A stretch of DNA of 64,000 nucleotides, taken from NCBI GenBank assembly GCA_037310415.1, contig CP147780.1, positions 384,001-448,000 of the forward strand, in the 5' to 3' direction. Below are positions 39,315-50,019 of the stretch, in pieces. Position 1 is the stretch's first letter. Every line of letters starts with the position of its first letter. The notes under the pieces were generated by a model that saw only the letters and a program-made list of their open reading frames with translations, was not told the origin of the DNA and did not search any database. A program made the translations under genes and the position numbers. This stretch comes from Candidatus Atabeyarchaeum deiterrae. GTDB taxonomy: Archaea > Asgardarchaeota > Atabeyarchaeia > Atabeyarchaeales > Atabeyarchaeaceae.

Positions 39315-39515
39315 AGAGGTTACACCTTACTCTTTCTTCCCCATAGTTTGCTCAGAGACTCCGATTTCTCCTTCATGCCGCGATGTTCTCATTGTGGAGA
39401 TGTGACTTTATAATTGTGATTAGTAACCTCATTATATGATGAAACACTGAGCGTTCTGGTAGGTTCATGGAACGAGTTCCAAGATTTGCACAAATGGTGG
39501 CAACTGGTGAATCAA

Positions 39516-40961
39516 ATGGAACAACATGATTACGAGAAGTTCAAGGCGAAGATAAACGATGCTGCTTCGAAACTACTGAACGAAGCACGAGAGAACACAA
39601 AGATACGAGTAATATCTCATCTTGACGCAGATGGTCTGTCCGCCGCGGGAATCATGTGTTCCGCACTGCATAGGCTTGGGGCAAGATTCCACTTGAGAAT
39701 TCTGAGGCAGCTAAGAAGAAAGAAGATTGAGGAATTGGCAGATGAGATGGAAAAAGATTATGTTTTCCTTGACCTTGGAAGTGGACAGATCGACCACATG
39801 ACTGAATATATGACCAAATCAAGAGTATTCATATTCGATCACCATCCTCCAAAAGCCCTTGGTTCTCCCCTCTTTGTACACGTAAATCCTCATTTTTATG
39901 GCATTGACGGAGCAAATGAGATCAGCGCGGCGGGCATAGCTTACCTCGTTGCGAACGCCATGAGTCCAAGCAATGGCGACTTATCTGCACTCGCTGTCGT
40001 CGGTGCTATTGGAGACCAACAGGACAAGGGTGAACAGCGTTCTGTAACTTCTTTGAATGCTGAGATAGTCAAAGATGGAGAGAAAGCTTCCGTAATCGAG
40101 GCGACCAAAGACATCAGATTGTTCGGAAGAGAAACCCGTCCAATACACACTACGCTAGAATACACAACGGAACCATATATCCCAGGTCTTACTGGCAATG
40201 GAGATGCTTGCGCGAAATTCATTTTGAACCTTGGCATCCAACTGAAGGATGGAGAAAACTGGAGAACCATATCATCACTAACCCAAGAAGAGAAAACAAG
40301 GCTAGTATCAGAACTTGTGAGGAGAATGATCTCAAGAGGGATGGACTCCAAGGATGCTGAGAGTATAATCGGAACTGTCTACAATTTAACAAGGGAGGAC
40401 AAAGGCACCTCCCTTCACGATGCCAGAGAATACTCTTCCTTGCTTAACGCCTGCGGTAGGATGGGTTTTCCTGGACTCGGGGTTGCTGTATGCATGTCTG
40501 ACAGGGGAGAGATCTTGAAAGAAGCACAGAATGTGCTATCGCAGTACCGACGGAAGCTTGCGGAATACCTAGAATTGTTGGAGAGACCTAATTTTGTCAA
40601 GGAAACAGAGCATCTCCAGTATTTCAACGGAGAGAGCCTTATGGATGACAGGATGATAGGGCCAGTTACCTCGATAGCAATATCCTCCCGTATGCTGAAG
40701 GCTGATAGACCCGTCGTGGCACTTGCATACTCTGAAGATAACCTGACAAAGGTATCCATCCGAGCAACTGATGACTTGGTCAGAAAAGGAATCGATTTAG
40801 GCAATGCGATACAAGAAGCAATTCAGCAGATTGAAGGAGAGGTAGAAGGAGGAGGGCACAACATAGCGGCAGGAGCATTCATAACCAAGGGAAGCGAGGA
40901 AGTGTTCTTGGTCAGATTGGAAGATGCAATCAAAAGACAGCTGGAGAAGAAGGGATCCTAA
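39516..40961 (+). CDS. RecJ/Cdc45-like DHH phosphoesterase (GAN-like)
   Basis: SHLDADG, DLGSG, DHH, LLNACGR, GGGH..AAGA; between uS15 and eS1. Confidence 0.9.
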   Translation: MEQHDYEKFKAKINDAASKLLNEARENTKIRVISHLDADGLSAAGIMCSALHRLGARFHLRILRQLRRKKIEELADEMEKDYVFLDLGSGQIDHMTEYMTKSRVFIFDHHPPKALGSPLFVHVNPHFYGIDGANEISAAGIAYLVANAMSPSNGDLSALAVVGAIGDQQDKGEQRSVTSLNAEIVKDGEKASVIEATKDIRLFGRETRPIHTTLEYTTEPYIPGLTGNGDACAKFILNLGIQLKDGENWRTISSLTQEEKTRLVSELVRRMISRGMDSKDAESIIGTVYNLTREDKGTSLHDAREYSSLLNACGRMGFPGLGVAVCMSDRGEILKEAQNVLSQYRRKLAEYLELLERPNFVKETEHLQYFNGESLMDDRMIGPVTSIAISSRMLKADRPVVALAYSEDNLTKVSIRATDDLVRKGIDLGNAIQEAIQQIEGEVEGGGHNIAAGAFITKGSEEVFLVRLEDAIKRQLEKKGS

Positions 40962-41097
40962 GCACTGAATCTTCTGTTTTTTCGCTCAAGACTATCCCAA
41001 AAGAGTTAAATCCTTTTCATATCATCATTTTTCAAAACCGCAGAGTACCCAAAAAAGCGCTTTTGCGTTACTCTTTTGTACCAGGAGGATTAACAGC

Positions 41098-41664
41098 TTG
41101 TCAACTTGGAGAACTAAGACTTGGTTCACAGTTGTTGCTCCGTCTTACTTCGGAAATGTCGAGATAGGCCTTACTCCGGCCAGCTCCGACGAGAAACTCA
41201 TTGGCCGCCTAATAGAAACCTCATTATATGACCTCACAGGCGATTTCTCTCTAGCCCATGTAAAGTTGTATTTTCGGATAAAGGACGTCAAGGGAAGCAA
41301 GGCGCTGACGACGTTTAAGGGACATGATTTTGCACGCGACTATCTTAGGAGTCTAGTCAGACGAGGAAGTAGCCGAATAGGCGGCATCTTTCAAGTGACC
41401 ACAAAAGACGGATATACATTAATGGTAACAGATATCGCATTCTCTGTTGGAAGAGCAAGAACCAGCCAGAAAAAGATCGTCCGAGACATAATGAAGAACG
41501 TTACAGCGAGAAAAGCCAAGGAACTGAACTTCGAAGGCTTCGTACAAGAGGCTGTCCTAGGCAAGATAGGGTCAGAAATCTATAACGAAGCAAAGAGAAC
41601 CCTTCCCCTCCGGAAATGTGAAATAGTGAAAACCCGCCTCATGAAGGAACCCGCGGCAGCCTAG
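41098..41664 (+). CDS. rps3ae: 30S ribosomal protein eS1 (S3ae)
   Basis: W..K.WF.V.AP, DYLRSLVRR, PLRKCEI.K. Confidence 0.95.
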   Translation: MSTWRTKTWFTVVAPSYFGNVEIGLTPASSDEKLIGRLIETSLYDLTGDFSLAHVKLYFRIKDVKGSKALTTFKGHDFARDYLRSLVRRGSSRIGGIFQVTTKDGYTLMVTDIAFSVGRARTSQKKIVRDIMKNVTARKAKELNFEGFVQEAVLGKIGSEIYNEAKRTLPLRKCEIVKTRLMKEPAAA

Positions 41665-41690
41665 TAGCATGTAAGTGCGCTCATGCGAGC

Positions 41691-42608
41691 TCAGAATAGT
41701 CCTCCAGAAATCGAAGTTCTTATCTTGCAGTAATTCTCTCTTATCTGCGGGATCTCTTTCTCAAGAACTTGCTTCTTTATCTCGTCGACAGTTCTCAATG
41801 ATTGGGAACTGTCCGTAGTATAGCCCGCAGTCAACCCTTGTATGATGAACCTCGTTAAGAACAGTTCATCGAAGCCTGGGGATATTATGGCGCCAGGTGT
41901 AAGCATCATGTACTCTCGGGCACTACTCACCAATTGCCGTATCTCAGGGGGATCAGTGTACTTCGACACTTTCCGTTTCGCTAGTTCTTCAAGTTCCTTG
42001 CCAACAAGCATTCTATTCATGAACTCAACGTGAGAACTGAGTATCTTGAGACCATGTTGCTTTGGAAACGCGGATGTATCGGAGCAACGTGCATCAAGCT
42101 CCTTGAAAGCGTCCTTGAACGGGGTGAAAACCTTCATAGCCAAAACCCCCCTCTCGTACTCTTGAACACTCAGCGGCTTGTCGATTATTGAGAATGGTAG
42201 CTCTGCCACATGTTCATTTAGGACGAGATCTGTCTCGCCTCGATACTCTTGCCTAGCGGAACCGATAAGTTCCAAGAGGTGAGGCGACAATACCATCCCT
42301 GTTATCTCTTTCGTATCCGCCACTAGTCCTCCTCGAACTTTGAAAGTGCTGTGGAACAATCCTGGACCGATGAGAAGCAGATTGATATCTTCACCTGAAA
42401 GACCGACCACATGAATAGAGTTTACTAGTGAGATCACCCAGTTTCTGGTTACGGTCTCAACATCAGTTCCGCGATACTGCCATAGACGATTGTTAATGTC
42501 CATTAGGTTGTTCCAGTCTTTGATCAGAAGCAGTAGGTTAACATATCTTGAGAACGAACCTTTGGCAATCAATTCGTTTAGGTACGCTTTTGATAAGAAA
42601 CCAACCAT
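41691..42608 (-). CDS. Hypothetical protein (305 aa)
   Basis: Long ORF filling the gap, SD GGAGGA, upstream TATA-like TTAAAT; no recognised motif. Confidence 0.75.
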   Translation of the reverse strand: MVGFLSKAYLNELIAKGSFSRYVNLLLLIKDWNNLMDINNRLWQYRGTDVETVTRNWVISLVNSIHVVGLSGEDINLLLIGPGLFHSTFKVRGGLVADTKEITGMVLSPHLLELIGSARQEYRGETDLVLNEHVAELPFSIIDKPLSVQEYERGVLAMKVFTPFKDAFKELDARCSDTSAFPKQHGLKILSSHVEFMNRMLVGKELEELAKRKVSKYTDPPEIRQLVSSAREYMMLTPGAIISPGFDELFLTRFIIQGLTAGYTTDSSQSLRTVDEIKKQVLEKEIPQIRENYCKIRTSISGGLF

Positions 42609-42823
42609 CTTTTGATCCTCCTAACGCGCGCCTCTCCCACGCCATAGAATCAGTCTAAGCCGACCTTCCCTTACGATTAGCAAGAAATAACCGTTCACTA
42701 AAAGATTTAAGTCTTCCCTCCAGTTGCTAGTTAGGAACCAGCTTTTATCTCTGGGAGACATCCTAAGAAGATCGGTCATTCATCTTTCAATCGCTGATTT
42801 CAATTCTCTAGATGTGGGGTTAT

Positions 42824-44455
42824 TTGGAGAAAGTGTTTGAGACGAATATAGTCAAGAAGGATCATAGGAAAGTCAATCTTAAGATGGCGCTTTGCTACCC
42901 GGGACCCTACAGAGTCGGAATGTCTTCTTTGGCTGTTCACACGATCTATGGAATGGCCAATTCCCTTAGAGAGGTCGCATGTGAACGAGCATTCATGCAG
43001 TCGACTCCTGGGACTCCTGTTCATACACTCGAATCCAACGCCCCGTTAAGAAAGATGGATATTATTGGATTTTCACTGCAGTACGAGACCGACTATGTCA
43101 ACTTGCTGAGAATATTAATTGACTCTAACATTCCACTATTCTCCAAACACAGAAAGGTCGAAGATCCACTAGTCATCGCTGGGGGCCCTTGTGCGACGGG
43201 CAATCCTGAACCATTGTCAGACTTCGTTGATCTGTTTGTCATAGGCGAAGCCGAACCTGTTCTTCCAAAACTTCTCGACTTAGTAATGGGGATTAAGAAA
43301 CCACGCAACCACCTAGAAGAACTCCTAGATATTGAAGGACTATACATACCGTCGATGGATCAAGATTCAATTAAGCGTGTCTGGGCCAGCGATCTTGACG
43401 CCGCACCACACCCGACAAGGCAAGTCATCACGCACACTGCCCAAAGGAGCGAACATTCACCGATCTTTGGGGAGACTTTCCTGACAGAAGTCACCCGAGG
43501 TTGCAGTCAAGGGTGTAGATTCTGCTACATCGGGTATATTGCGAGACCAAACAGAGAGCGAACGTCAAGCAACATCAGAGAAATCATCGAGCAAGGCACC
43601 GCTCATACAGGTGTCGGTAAGGTCTCATTGGTTGGTTCGAGTCTGTCAGATTGCGCTCATCTCGCAGACACATGTAGTTGGATCGTTAATGATCTTGGAT
43701 TGAAGGTCTCACTCTCATCCATGAGAGCAGACTCGGTCCCTATCGAGCTGCTTAAGACCCTTGCCAAGGGAGGAGAGAGAACTCTGACAATAGCGCCAGA
43801 GACAGGCTCAGAGAGCCTCCGCAACTCTATTAACAAGAAGATCACAGATGATGCAATAGTACAAACAGCAGAGAATGCACTCGAAGCTGGTTTAAGAAAT
43901 GTGAAACTTTATTTCATGATAGGGCTGCCCCATGAGAGAGACGAGGACATTGCAGCCATAAATGGTCTAGTTCAGCGTGTTGCAAAGTTAGGGTATCAAT
44001 CGAGATCCATTAGGCTGAGCATTGTTCCCTTCACTCCAAAACCGCACACGCCCTTCCAGTGGTTCCAGCAAGCACCTAAACAAGACTTGCAGACCAAACT
44101 TAGAATAATTCACTCAGGTCTACATCTGAACAACAGAGTAGATATAGAGTCATTAGACCTGCGATGGGCTAGAATACAGGCAATTCTATCCACTGCAAAT
44201 AGAGGCATGGGCAGAATACTAGAGCAAGTAGCAAGAGAGGGTGGAACCCTGGGCACGTGGAGAAGAGCAATGACTATGGCTGCAAGCTCATTATCGACCT
44301 TCGAGATGGAACGCACAACTGAAACACCCTTACCATGGGACAAGATACAGATTGGGATAAACAAAGGATTTCTGAAAACTGAGATGGAAAAGTCAGTGAC
44401 TGGAATACAATCTCCTTCATGCCTTACGAAATGCTCAAACTGTGGGGTCTGTTAG
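42824..44455 (+). CDS. B12-binding-like radical SAM protein
   Basis: YP..Y..GMS, GGPC...NPEP, RGCSQGCRFC, PKPHTPFQ, C-terminal CxxxCxxCGVC. Confidence 0.88.
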   Translation: MEKVFETNIVKKDHRKVNLKMALCYPGPYRVGMSSLAVHTIYGMANSLREVACERAFMQSTPGTPVHTLESNAPLRKMDIIGFSLQYETDYVNLLRILIDSNIPLFSKHRKVEDPLVIAGGPCATGNPEPLSDFVDLFVIGEAEPVLPKLLDLVMGIKKPRNHLEELLDIEGLYIPSMDQDSIKRVWASDLDAAPHPTRQVITHTAQRSEHSPIFGETFLTEVTRGCSQGCRFCYIGYIARPNRERTSSNIREIIEQGTAHTGVGKVSLVGSSLSDCAHLADTCSWIVNDLGLKVSLSSMRADSVPIELLKTLAKGGERTLTIAPETGSESLRNSINKKITDDAIVQTAENALEAGLRNVKLYFMIGLPHERDEDIAAINGLVQRVAKLGYQSRSIRLSIVPFTPKPHTPFQWFQQAPKQDLQTKLRIIHSGLHLNNRVDIESLDLRWARIQAILSTANRGMGRILEQVAREGGTLGTWRRAMTMAASSLSTFEMERTTETPLPWDKIQIGINKGFLKTEMEKSVTGIQSPSCLTKCSNCGVC

Positions 44456-44527
44456 AGGAGATCTCACTCTCAAAGCAGAAAAACTGATTAATATCGCCAT
44501 TGATAAGTTGATCATGAAGTGAGAGGA

Positions 44528-44908
44528 ATGGCGTACGACAAGGAATCGTTCAAGAAAAGGTTCCCTCATCTATACGAAGAAATCGAAGATCCAAAAGAAA
44601 ACAACGTACAGCAACCCACCGACGAAAGCGGCGAAGTCGACTCTCTTAGTGGGTTTGTGCCCGAGGCTACCTCTTACATCAGGAGAGCTCACACTGACGA
44701 TGAGGCGATAGAGATCGTAAGCTACTTGATGAAGAGAACAGAGATATCGAATGAGTATGCGAAAAGCCTAGTTCAGCAAATTCAAGAGAAGGGTGTTAGA
44801 TCGTTTGGAACCCTTAAGACGTGGGGGCATTATGAAAAGACTTACAGAAGAAAGCCGTTGCGAAGCAATAATGACGAAGACGATAACGAGGACGAGAAAC
44901 TTGATTGA
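44528..44908 (+). CDS. DUF2095-family protein
   Basis: FKKRFPHL, IRRA.T..EA, GVRSFG..K..G.Y. Confidence 0.8.
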   Translation: MAYDKESFKKRFPHLYEEIEDPKENNVQQPTDESGEVDSLSGFVPEATSYIRRAHTDDEAIEIVSYLMKRTEISNEYAKSLVQQIQEKGVRSFGTLKTWGHYEKTYRRKPLRSNNDEDDNEDEKLD

Positions 44909-44986
44909 GAGCTTCACGCAACTGACAATGAAAGCTCTCTTTGTACGGCACACAGCATGATACGTCCGAGCCTGGAGGTTAGCTAT

Positions 44987-46204
44987 TTGGCTGGAATAGG
45001 AATAGTTGGGAAGCCATCATCTGGAAAGACAACCTTCACAAATGCCGCCTGCATGACTTCCTACAAAGTGACAGGCGTTCCGTTCACGACAATAGGCGCC
45101 CAATTTGGGGTGACTTATGTTCGGGTCAAGTGCGCCTGCAAGGAGCTCGGTATTGTAGATAATCCGAACAACTCTAGATGTGTGGATGGCGTGAGATACG
45201 TACCTGTGAAGCTAGTTGATGTAGCTGGTCTGATACCTGGTAGCCACCAAGGAAAGGGGCTCGGAAACCAGTTCTTGACAGACATGGCTGAACAATCTTC
45301 AGCGCTTATCCATGTTGTTGATGCCTCGGGCTCTCGTGATTTTGAAGGAAAGATAATCGGTCCCGGAGCGCAAGATCCACTTGAAGATGTCAGGTTCCTT
45401 GAGAGGGAATTAGATCTGTGGTTTCTTCAGATTATTCAAAGAGATTGGGGAAGGATCGCAACAAGGACCGAGGCTGAGCGAAAGCCCCTTGTAAGCCTTC
45501 TGGGGGAGAAACTCTCCGGTCTTGGCGTCACGACACGTAACATCATTGAGGGCATGACAAAGTCAGGGGTCAAGTCTGAGAAACCAAAGAGTTGGAGTGC
45601 AGAAGATCTCCAGAAGTTCGCTTCGAACCTGAGAAAGGTATCCAAACCCATGGTCATAGCCGCCAACAAGATAGACCTTAGACCAGCGGACGCCAACTTT
45701 CAGCGCATGAAGGAATCACTGAAGGAGTACTCAGTCATTCCAACTACTGTACTCGGAGAATATGCGCTGAGGAAACTTGCTGACGATGGTATTGTCGCTT
45801 ACAATCCAGGTGATCCCGATTTTCAAATTCTGAAGCCCGAGAAACTCTCAGATAAAGACAAGGACTCGCTCACGAAATTGAAGAAAGAAGTGCTGGAGAA
45901 ATATGGCTCGACGGGTGTGCAAGATGTTATTGACAAAGTGGTCTTCGGATTATTAGACATGATCTATGTGTTTCCAGTCGAAGACCAAAACAGCTACACG
46001 GACCACGAAGGAAGAGTGCTACCAGATGTGTATTTGGCGCCTCGAGGAACGACACCCCGGCAGCTAGCTTATATGGTACACACAGAATTGGGCGACTCAT
46101 ATATCGGCGCAGTTGATGCAAGACGAAAACAAAAAATAGGTGAAGACTATGAGTTGAAAAACGGCGATGTGATAAAAATCATAGCCGCTGCTGCCAAGAA
46201 GTAA
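44987..46204 (+). CDS. ychF: Obg-family ATPase/GTPase YchF (archaeal type)
   Basis: GKP..GKT, PFTTI, DVAGL.PG...GKGLGNQFL, C-terminal TGS domain. Confidence 0.92.
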   Translation: MAGIGIVGKPSSGKTTFTNAACMTSYKVTGVPFTTIGAQFGVTYVRVKCACKELGIVDNPNNSRCVDGVRYVPVKLVDVAGLIPGSHQGKGLGNQFLTDMAEQSSALIHVVDASGSRDFEGKIIGPGAQDPLEDVRFLERELDLWFLQIIQRDWGRIATRTEAERKPLVSLLGEKLSGLGVTTRNIIEGMTKSGVKSEKPKSWSAEDLQKFASNLRKVSKPMVIAANKIDLRPADANFQRMKESLKEYSVIPTTVLGEYALRKLADDGIVAYNPGDPDFQILKPEKLSDKDKDSLTKLKKEVLEKYGSTGVQDVIDKVVFGLLDMIYVFPVEDQNSYTDHEGRVLPDVYLAPRGTTPRQLAYMVHTELGDSYIGAVDARRKQKIGEDYELKNGDVIKIIAAAAKK

Positions 46205-46300
46205 GAACAGAATAAAAAAGAGTCATTTTATCAAACTTAAAGCTTAATAGGAGCATTATGAAATTCAGATTCATATCAAGAGAAGATGGAGAAATGATCT

Positions 46301-47662
46301 ATGAAAATAGTTATTATTGGTGCAGGAGCCGCTGGAACAAGTGCCGCAACTGAGGCAAGGAAGATTAACAGAGAAGCAGAGATTACTGTTATCAACAGTG
46401 AAGGGTACCCAGAGTATTCAAGATGTGGGCTGCCATACGCCATCTCAGGTGAGATCAAAGCATTCGAGAACCTCATACTTCATGGAGAGAGCTGGTATGA
46501 CAAGTTTGGCAAAGTGAAGTTAATGCTAAGCACGGAAGTAATGCAGATTCAACTGGACTCGAACACAATAAAGGTCAAGCATCACGATGGATCATCTGAA
46601 GACTTACAATACGATAGTCTTGTGTTAGCCACCGGCTCAAAGCCTAGCGTGCCGCCGATCCAAGGCTTGGAGAAGAAAGGAGTTTTCACTCTGAGAACGA
46701 TCGGTGATGGAAAGAACATTATGAACTTCGGAACACATGGAAAAAGGGCCGTTGTCGTGGGAGCCGGACTAATAGGTCTGGAGCTAGCTGAGGCGCTACA
46801 CTCGAGAGGCGTGAAAGTGACCGTAATAGAATTCCTTCCCAATGTTCTTCTTGCCATGGTTGATGATGACATCGCTGAAGTAGTAAGAAAGAAGATAGAA
46901 GAAGAAGGTGTAAAGCTGATACTAAACACTAAGGTCGACGAAGTGGTCGGCAAGGAGAAAGTTGAGGGAGTTGTGGCTACCAACAGAGAAAACAATGAGA
47001 AGGTGACCGTTGAGGCAGACATGATTGTTTTGGCTGCGGGAATAAAGCCAGATACCAGTCTCGCCGAGAAAGCAGGAATCAAATTGGGTCCAGCAAAGGC
47101 AATCAAGGTTAACGAACACATGAGAACTAGTATCGAGAACATCTATGGCGCTGGGGAATGCACAGAGTATATTGACTTTGTCACTGGAGAATCTACGAGA
47201 GTTGGACTTGGAACTATCGCAGTCAGACAAGGAAAGGTCGCAGGCACAAATGCTGCTGGAGGCAACATTGCGCTGGAACGTCTTCTCAACTGCAGGGTAA
47301 CAAAACTATTTGGAGTAGAAGTTGCTGGCGTTGGGCCAGTCAGTGATGCTGCTACAAAGGCTGGCATCAAACTGATATCAGCAAAGTTCCGTGGATCAAC
47401 CCTACCAGAGTACATGCCAGGCGGGAAGGAGATAGCGGTCAAGGTTCTGGCAGACGAGAAAGGCAAAATCGTAGGCGCCCAGATCGTTGGTGAAGAAGAG
47501 GTTGCACAGAGAATAAACATCTTTGCTGCCGGCATCTTGAAGGGAATCAACGTTGAGGAATTCTCCTATCTCGAGACTTGTTATGCTCCCCCGATCGCGC
47601 CAACTTGGGATTCCATAACAATAGCTGCAGAGTCCGTAGCGAAAAAACTCAAAAGGAGATAG
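46301..47662 (+). CDS. CoA-disulfide reductase/NADH oxidase family flavoprotein
   Basis: GAGAAG, YSRCGLPY redox Cys, GAGLIG, YAPP. Confidence 0.9.
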   Translation: MKIVIIGAGAAGTSAATEARKINREAEITVINSEGYPEYSRCGLPYAISGEIKAFENLILHGESWYDKFGKVKLMLSTEVMQIQLDSNTIKVKHHDGSSEDLQYDSLVLATGSKPSVPPIQGLEKKGVFTLRTIGDGKNIMNFGTHGKRAVVVGAGLIGLELAEALHSRGVKVTVIEFLPNVLLAMVDDDIAEVVRKKIEEEGVKLILNTKVDEVVGKEKVEGVVATNRENNEKVTVEADMIVLAAGIKPDTSLAEKAGIKLGPAKAIKVNEHMRTSIENIYGAGECTEYIDFVTGESTRVGLGTIAVRQGKVAGTNAAGGNIALERLLNCRVTKLFGVEVAGVGPVSDAATKAGIKLISAKFRGSTLPEYMPGGKEIAVKVLADEKGKIVGAQIVGEEEVAQRINIFAAGILKGINVEEFSYLETCYAPPIAPTWDSITIAAESVAKKLKRR

Positions 47663-47680
47663 ATCCTCATTATTCGCTCG

Positions 47681-48622
47681 CTACTTTTTTTGCAGTAACT
47701 CCATTATTTTTGCTGATATTATTTCTCCGGCTGCTTCCTGAGCTTCATTAGTCTGCGCTCCGATGTGTGGAGTACAAACCACGTTTGGAAGTCTGACCAA
47801 GTTCAGGTTCTTCGGAGGCTCTTCTTCAAAGACATCGAGTCCTGCACCGCCAATCTTTCCATCCTTGATTGCTTTTGATAGCGCTGATTCATCAATCACG
47901 CCTCCTCTAGAAGCGTTGATCACTACGGCATTCCTTTTCATCAATGCAAACTCCTTTTCCCCAAACATATGGTGCGTCTCCGGCAGAGCTGGGACGTGAA
48001 TCGTTATGTAATCGGAGGTTCTGACAAGTTTTTCTAATGCGGTCCGGTTGGACCCAACAGCTTCGACTCCCATTCTACTTGCGCTCTCAAGAGAAGCTGA
48101 CAATACATCGTAAGCTTGTGCTTTCATTTCAAAAGCAATCGCTCTCCTTGCCACCTCTCTGCCTATCCTTCCAAATCCGACGATACCAAGAATCTTCCCT
48201 CTCAACTCAGAGCCAACCAGTGTATGCTTCAGCCATTTGCCTTCTTTCAAGGCAGCGTCAGCAATGCTAATGCTACGGGCCAAGGATAGCATGAATCCGA
48301 AAACAAGCTCGGCAACCGAGACTGAGGGTGCTTCTGGCGAGTTCAAAACAGTTATTCTCTTGAGCTTTGCTGCGTTTACATCAACATTGTCAAGCCCGAC
48401 ACCCGCCCTTGCGATAACTTTCAGCTTTGTTCCAGCTTCTATGATCTCTTTGGTTACTTTGGTTCGTGATCTGACTACCAGCACGTCAAAATCTTTTATG
48501 GTTTTCAGGAGACCATCTTGACTAAGCTCATTTACAGTCACATCGTAACCGTTGTCCTGCAATTGCTTAATAGCTCCCTTGCTAATTGGATCCGTAACTA
48601 AGATCCTGACTTTCTTATCCAA
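47681..48622 (-). CDS. serA: D-3-phosphoglycerate/D-2-hydroxyacid dehydrogenase (no ACT domain)
   Basis: VRSRT, RAGVGLDN, GFGRIG, TPHIGAQT. Confidence 0.85.
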   Translation of the reverse strand: MDKKVRILVTDPISKGAIKQLQDNGYDVTVNELSQDGLLKTIKDFDVLVVRSRTKVTKEIIEAGTKLKVIARAGVGLDNVDVNAAKLKRITVLNSPEAPSVSVAELVFGFMLSLARSISIADAALKEGKWLKHTLVGSELRGKILGIVGFGRIGREVARRAIAFEMKAQAYDVLSASLESASRMGVEAVGSNRTALEKLVRTSDYITIHVPALPETHHMFGEKEFALMKRNAVVINASRGGVIDESALSKAIKDGKIGGAGLDVFEEEPPKNLNLVRLPNVVCTPHIGAQTNEAQEAAGEIISAKIMELLQKK

Positions 48623-48674
48623 GGTTCAACACCACAGACCAGTTAATTGGGCGTATTTTACTTAGCTTCCAGGC

Positions 48675-48717
48675 TATTTATAAAAGGTTTGCTGGACGAA
48701 AGGGAGAAAAATTTAAG
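48675..48717. promoter_or_regulatory. Divergent BRE-TATA pair (serA / eL15)
   Basis: Minus strand GCAAACC-TTTTATAAATA; plus strand GAAAAA-TTTAAG. Confidence 0.55.
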
Positions 48718-48849
48718 TGCATTTGACCACTTGAACCTATGACGTTGTCTTACTAGGCTACATCGACTGCATGTTTTCTTCTCAAGTCTTAAATGGTCTA
48801 TAGGACTATTGGACTAAATCATGCTGGAAATCCAAAGTGAGGGAGTACA

Positions 48850-49440
48850 TTGACTTCAATATACGGCCATATTGCAGAGTACTGGAGAGAAAGGGAGAAG
48901 AACCCTGAATTCACCCGTCTGATGTGGGAGCGGCTGATAGAGTGGAGACGCGAACCGACAGTTACGCGAGTCGACAGACCATCAAGATTAGATCGTGCAA
49001 GGCGACTTGGGTACAAGGCCAAGCAGGGCTACATGATAGCGAGAGTTAAGACCAGAAGAGGGTCGCTGAATAGAATAAGACCCGTGGCGGGCAGAAAGCC
49101 AGGAAAGCTGGGCGTTCAGAAGATTACGCTACTGAAGAACTACCGTTGGGTTGCAGAGGAAAAAGCTGCAAGAAAGTTCCCAAACCTCACAGTTCTGAAC
49201 TCCTATTATGTGGCTGAGGATGGGAAATATAAGTGGCATGAAGTCATCCTGGTTGATCCTCATCACCCATCAATCATTAACGATCTCAGCATCAACTGGG
49301 TATGTAACCCCGTTCAGCACAGCCGAGTGTTCAGAGGAACTACAAGTGCAGGTAAGAAGTCAAGAGGATTACGAAGAAAAGGTCGCGGTGCAGAAAAACT
49401 GAGACCTTCGTTGCTTGCCCACGGGCACCGTGGGAAATGA
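48850..49440 (+). CDS. rpl15e: 50S ribosomal protein eL15
   Basis: RLDRARRLGYKAKQG, EVILVDP, TSAGKKSRGL. Confidence 0.97.
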   Translation: MTSIYGHIAEYWREREKNPEFTRLMWERLIEWRREPTVTRVDRPSRLDRARRLGYKAKQGYMIARVKTRRGSLNRIRPVAGRKPGKLGVQKITLLKNYRWVAEEKAARKFPNLTVLNSYYVAEDGKYKWHEVILVDPHHPSIINDLSINWVCNPVQHSRVFRGTTSAGKKSRGLRRKGRGAEKLRPSLLAHGHRGK

Positions 49441-49522
49441 TGTGAAGTGTCCGCATCATTCTCCGTTTTTACTTTTCCCGCTGCAAGTCACGGACCTGAC
49501 GAAGAAAGGAGAAAAAGAAACT

Positions 49523-49978
49523 TTGAACGAAGTACATGTTACAGAAATAAGTATGGAAGTCTTTAGCCATGCTACTGAAGAATCCACTAGAGTCTTGAAG
49601 GCACTATTCTCGCTTATACCTCCCAACTGCAGAACCAAGGTCGAAGTAAAGGAAGAGGCAGTCAGAGGATACTTCAAAAACCCAATAATAGTCTTCCGTG
49701 CAAAGTTGTCGAGGAGACAAGAAGCGGAAGACATGTTCCAGTTTCTAGCTCGTGAAGTTCCTGATGATGACAAGGATCGTCTAGGAAAAGAAATCGGGCG
49801 CCGAATCGATGACTCAGGCAAACTCTTTTTAAGATTTGACAAACAGGCAGCATACAATGGGACCATGTCATTGCGCCAAGATGATGACACAATCAAACTA
49901 GTCCTGCGTTTCTCTGGTTACCCTGCAAGAAGAGAGCAGGTAACGGATCTCTGTAAGGTAAGCGGACTAATCCGTTGA
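49523..49978 (+). CDS. DUF54 RNA-binding protein (exosome superoperon)
   Basis: HATE...V..AL, G.F.NPI, LRFDKQAA. Confidence 0.85.
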   Translation: MNEVHVTEISMEVFSHATEESTRVLKALFSLIPPNCRTKVEVKEEAVRGYFKNPIIVFRAKLSRRQEAEDMFQFLAREVPDDDKDRLGKEIGRRIDDSGKLFLRFDKQAAYNGTMSLRQDDDTIKLVLRFSGYPARREQVTDLCKVSGLIR

Positions 49979-50019
49979 CGATGCCTCTTTTTGTGAATGG
50001 AATTTGAAGTTGAAGGAAA

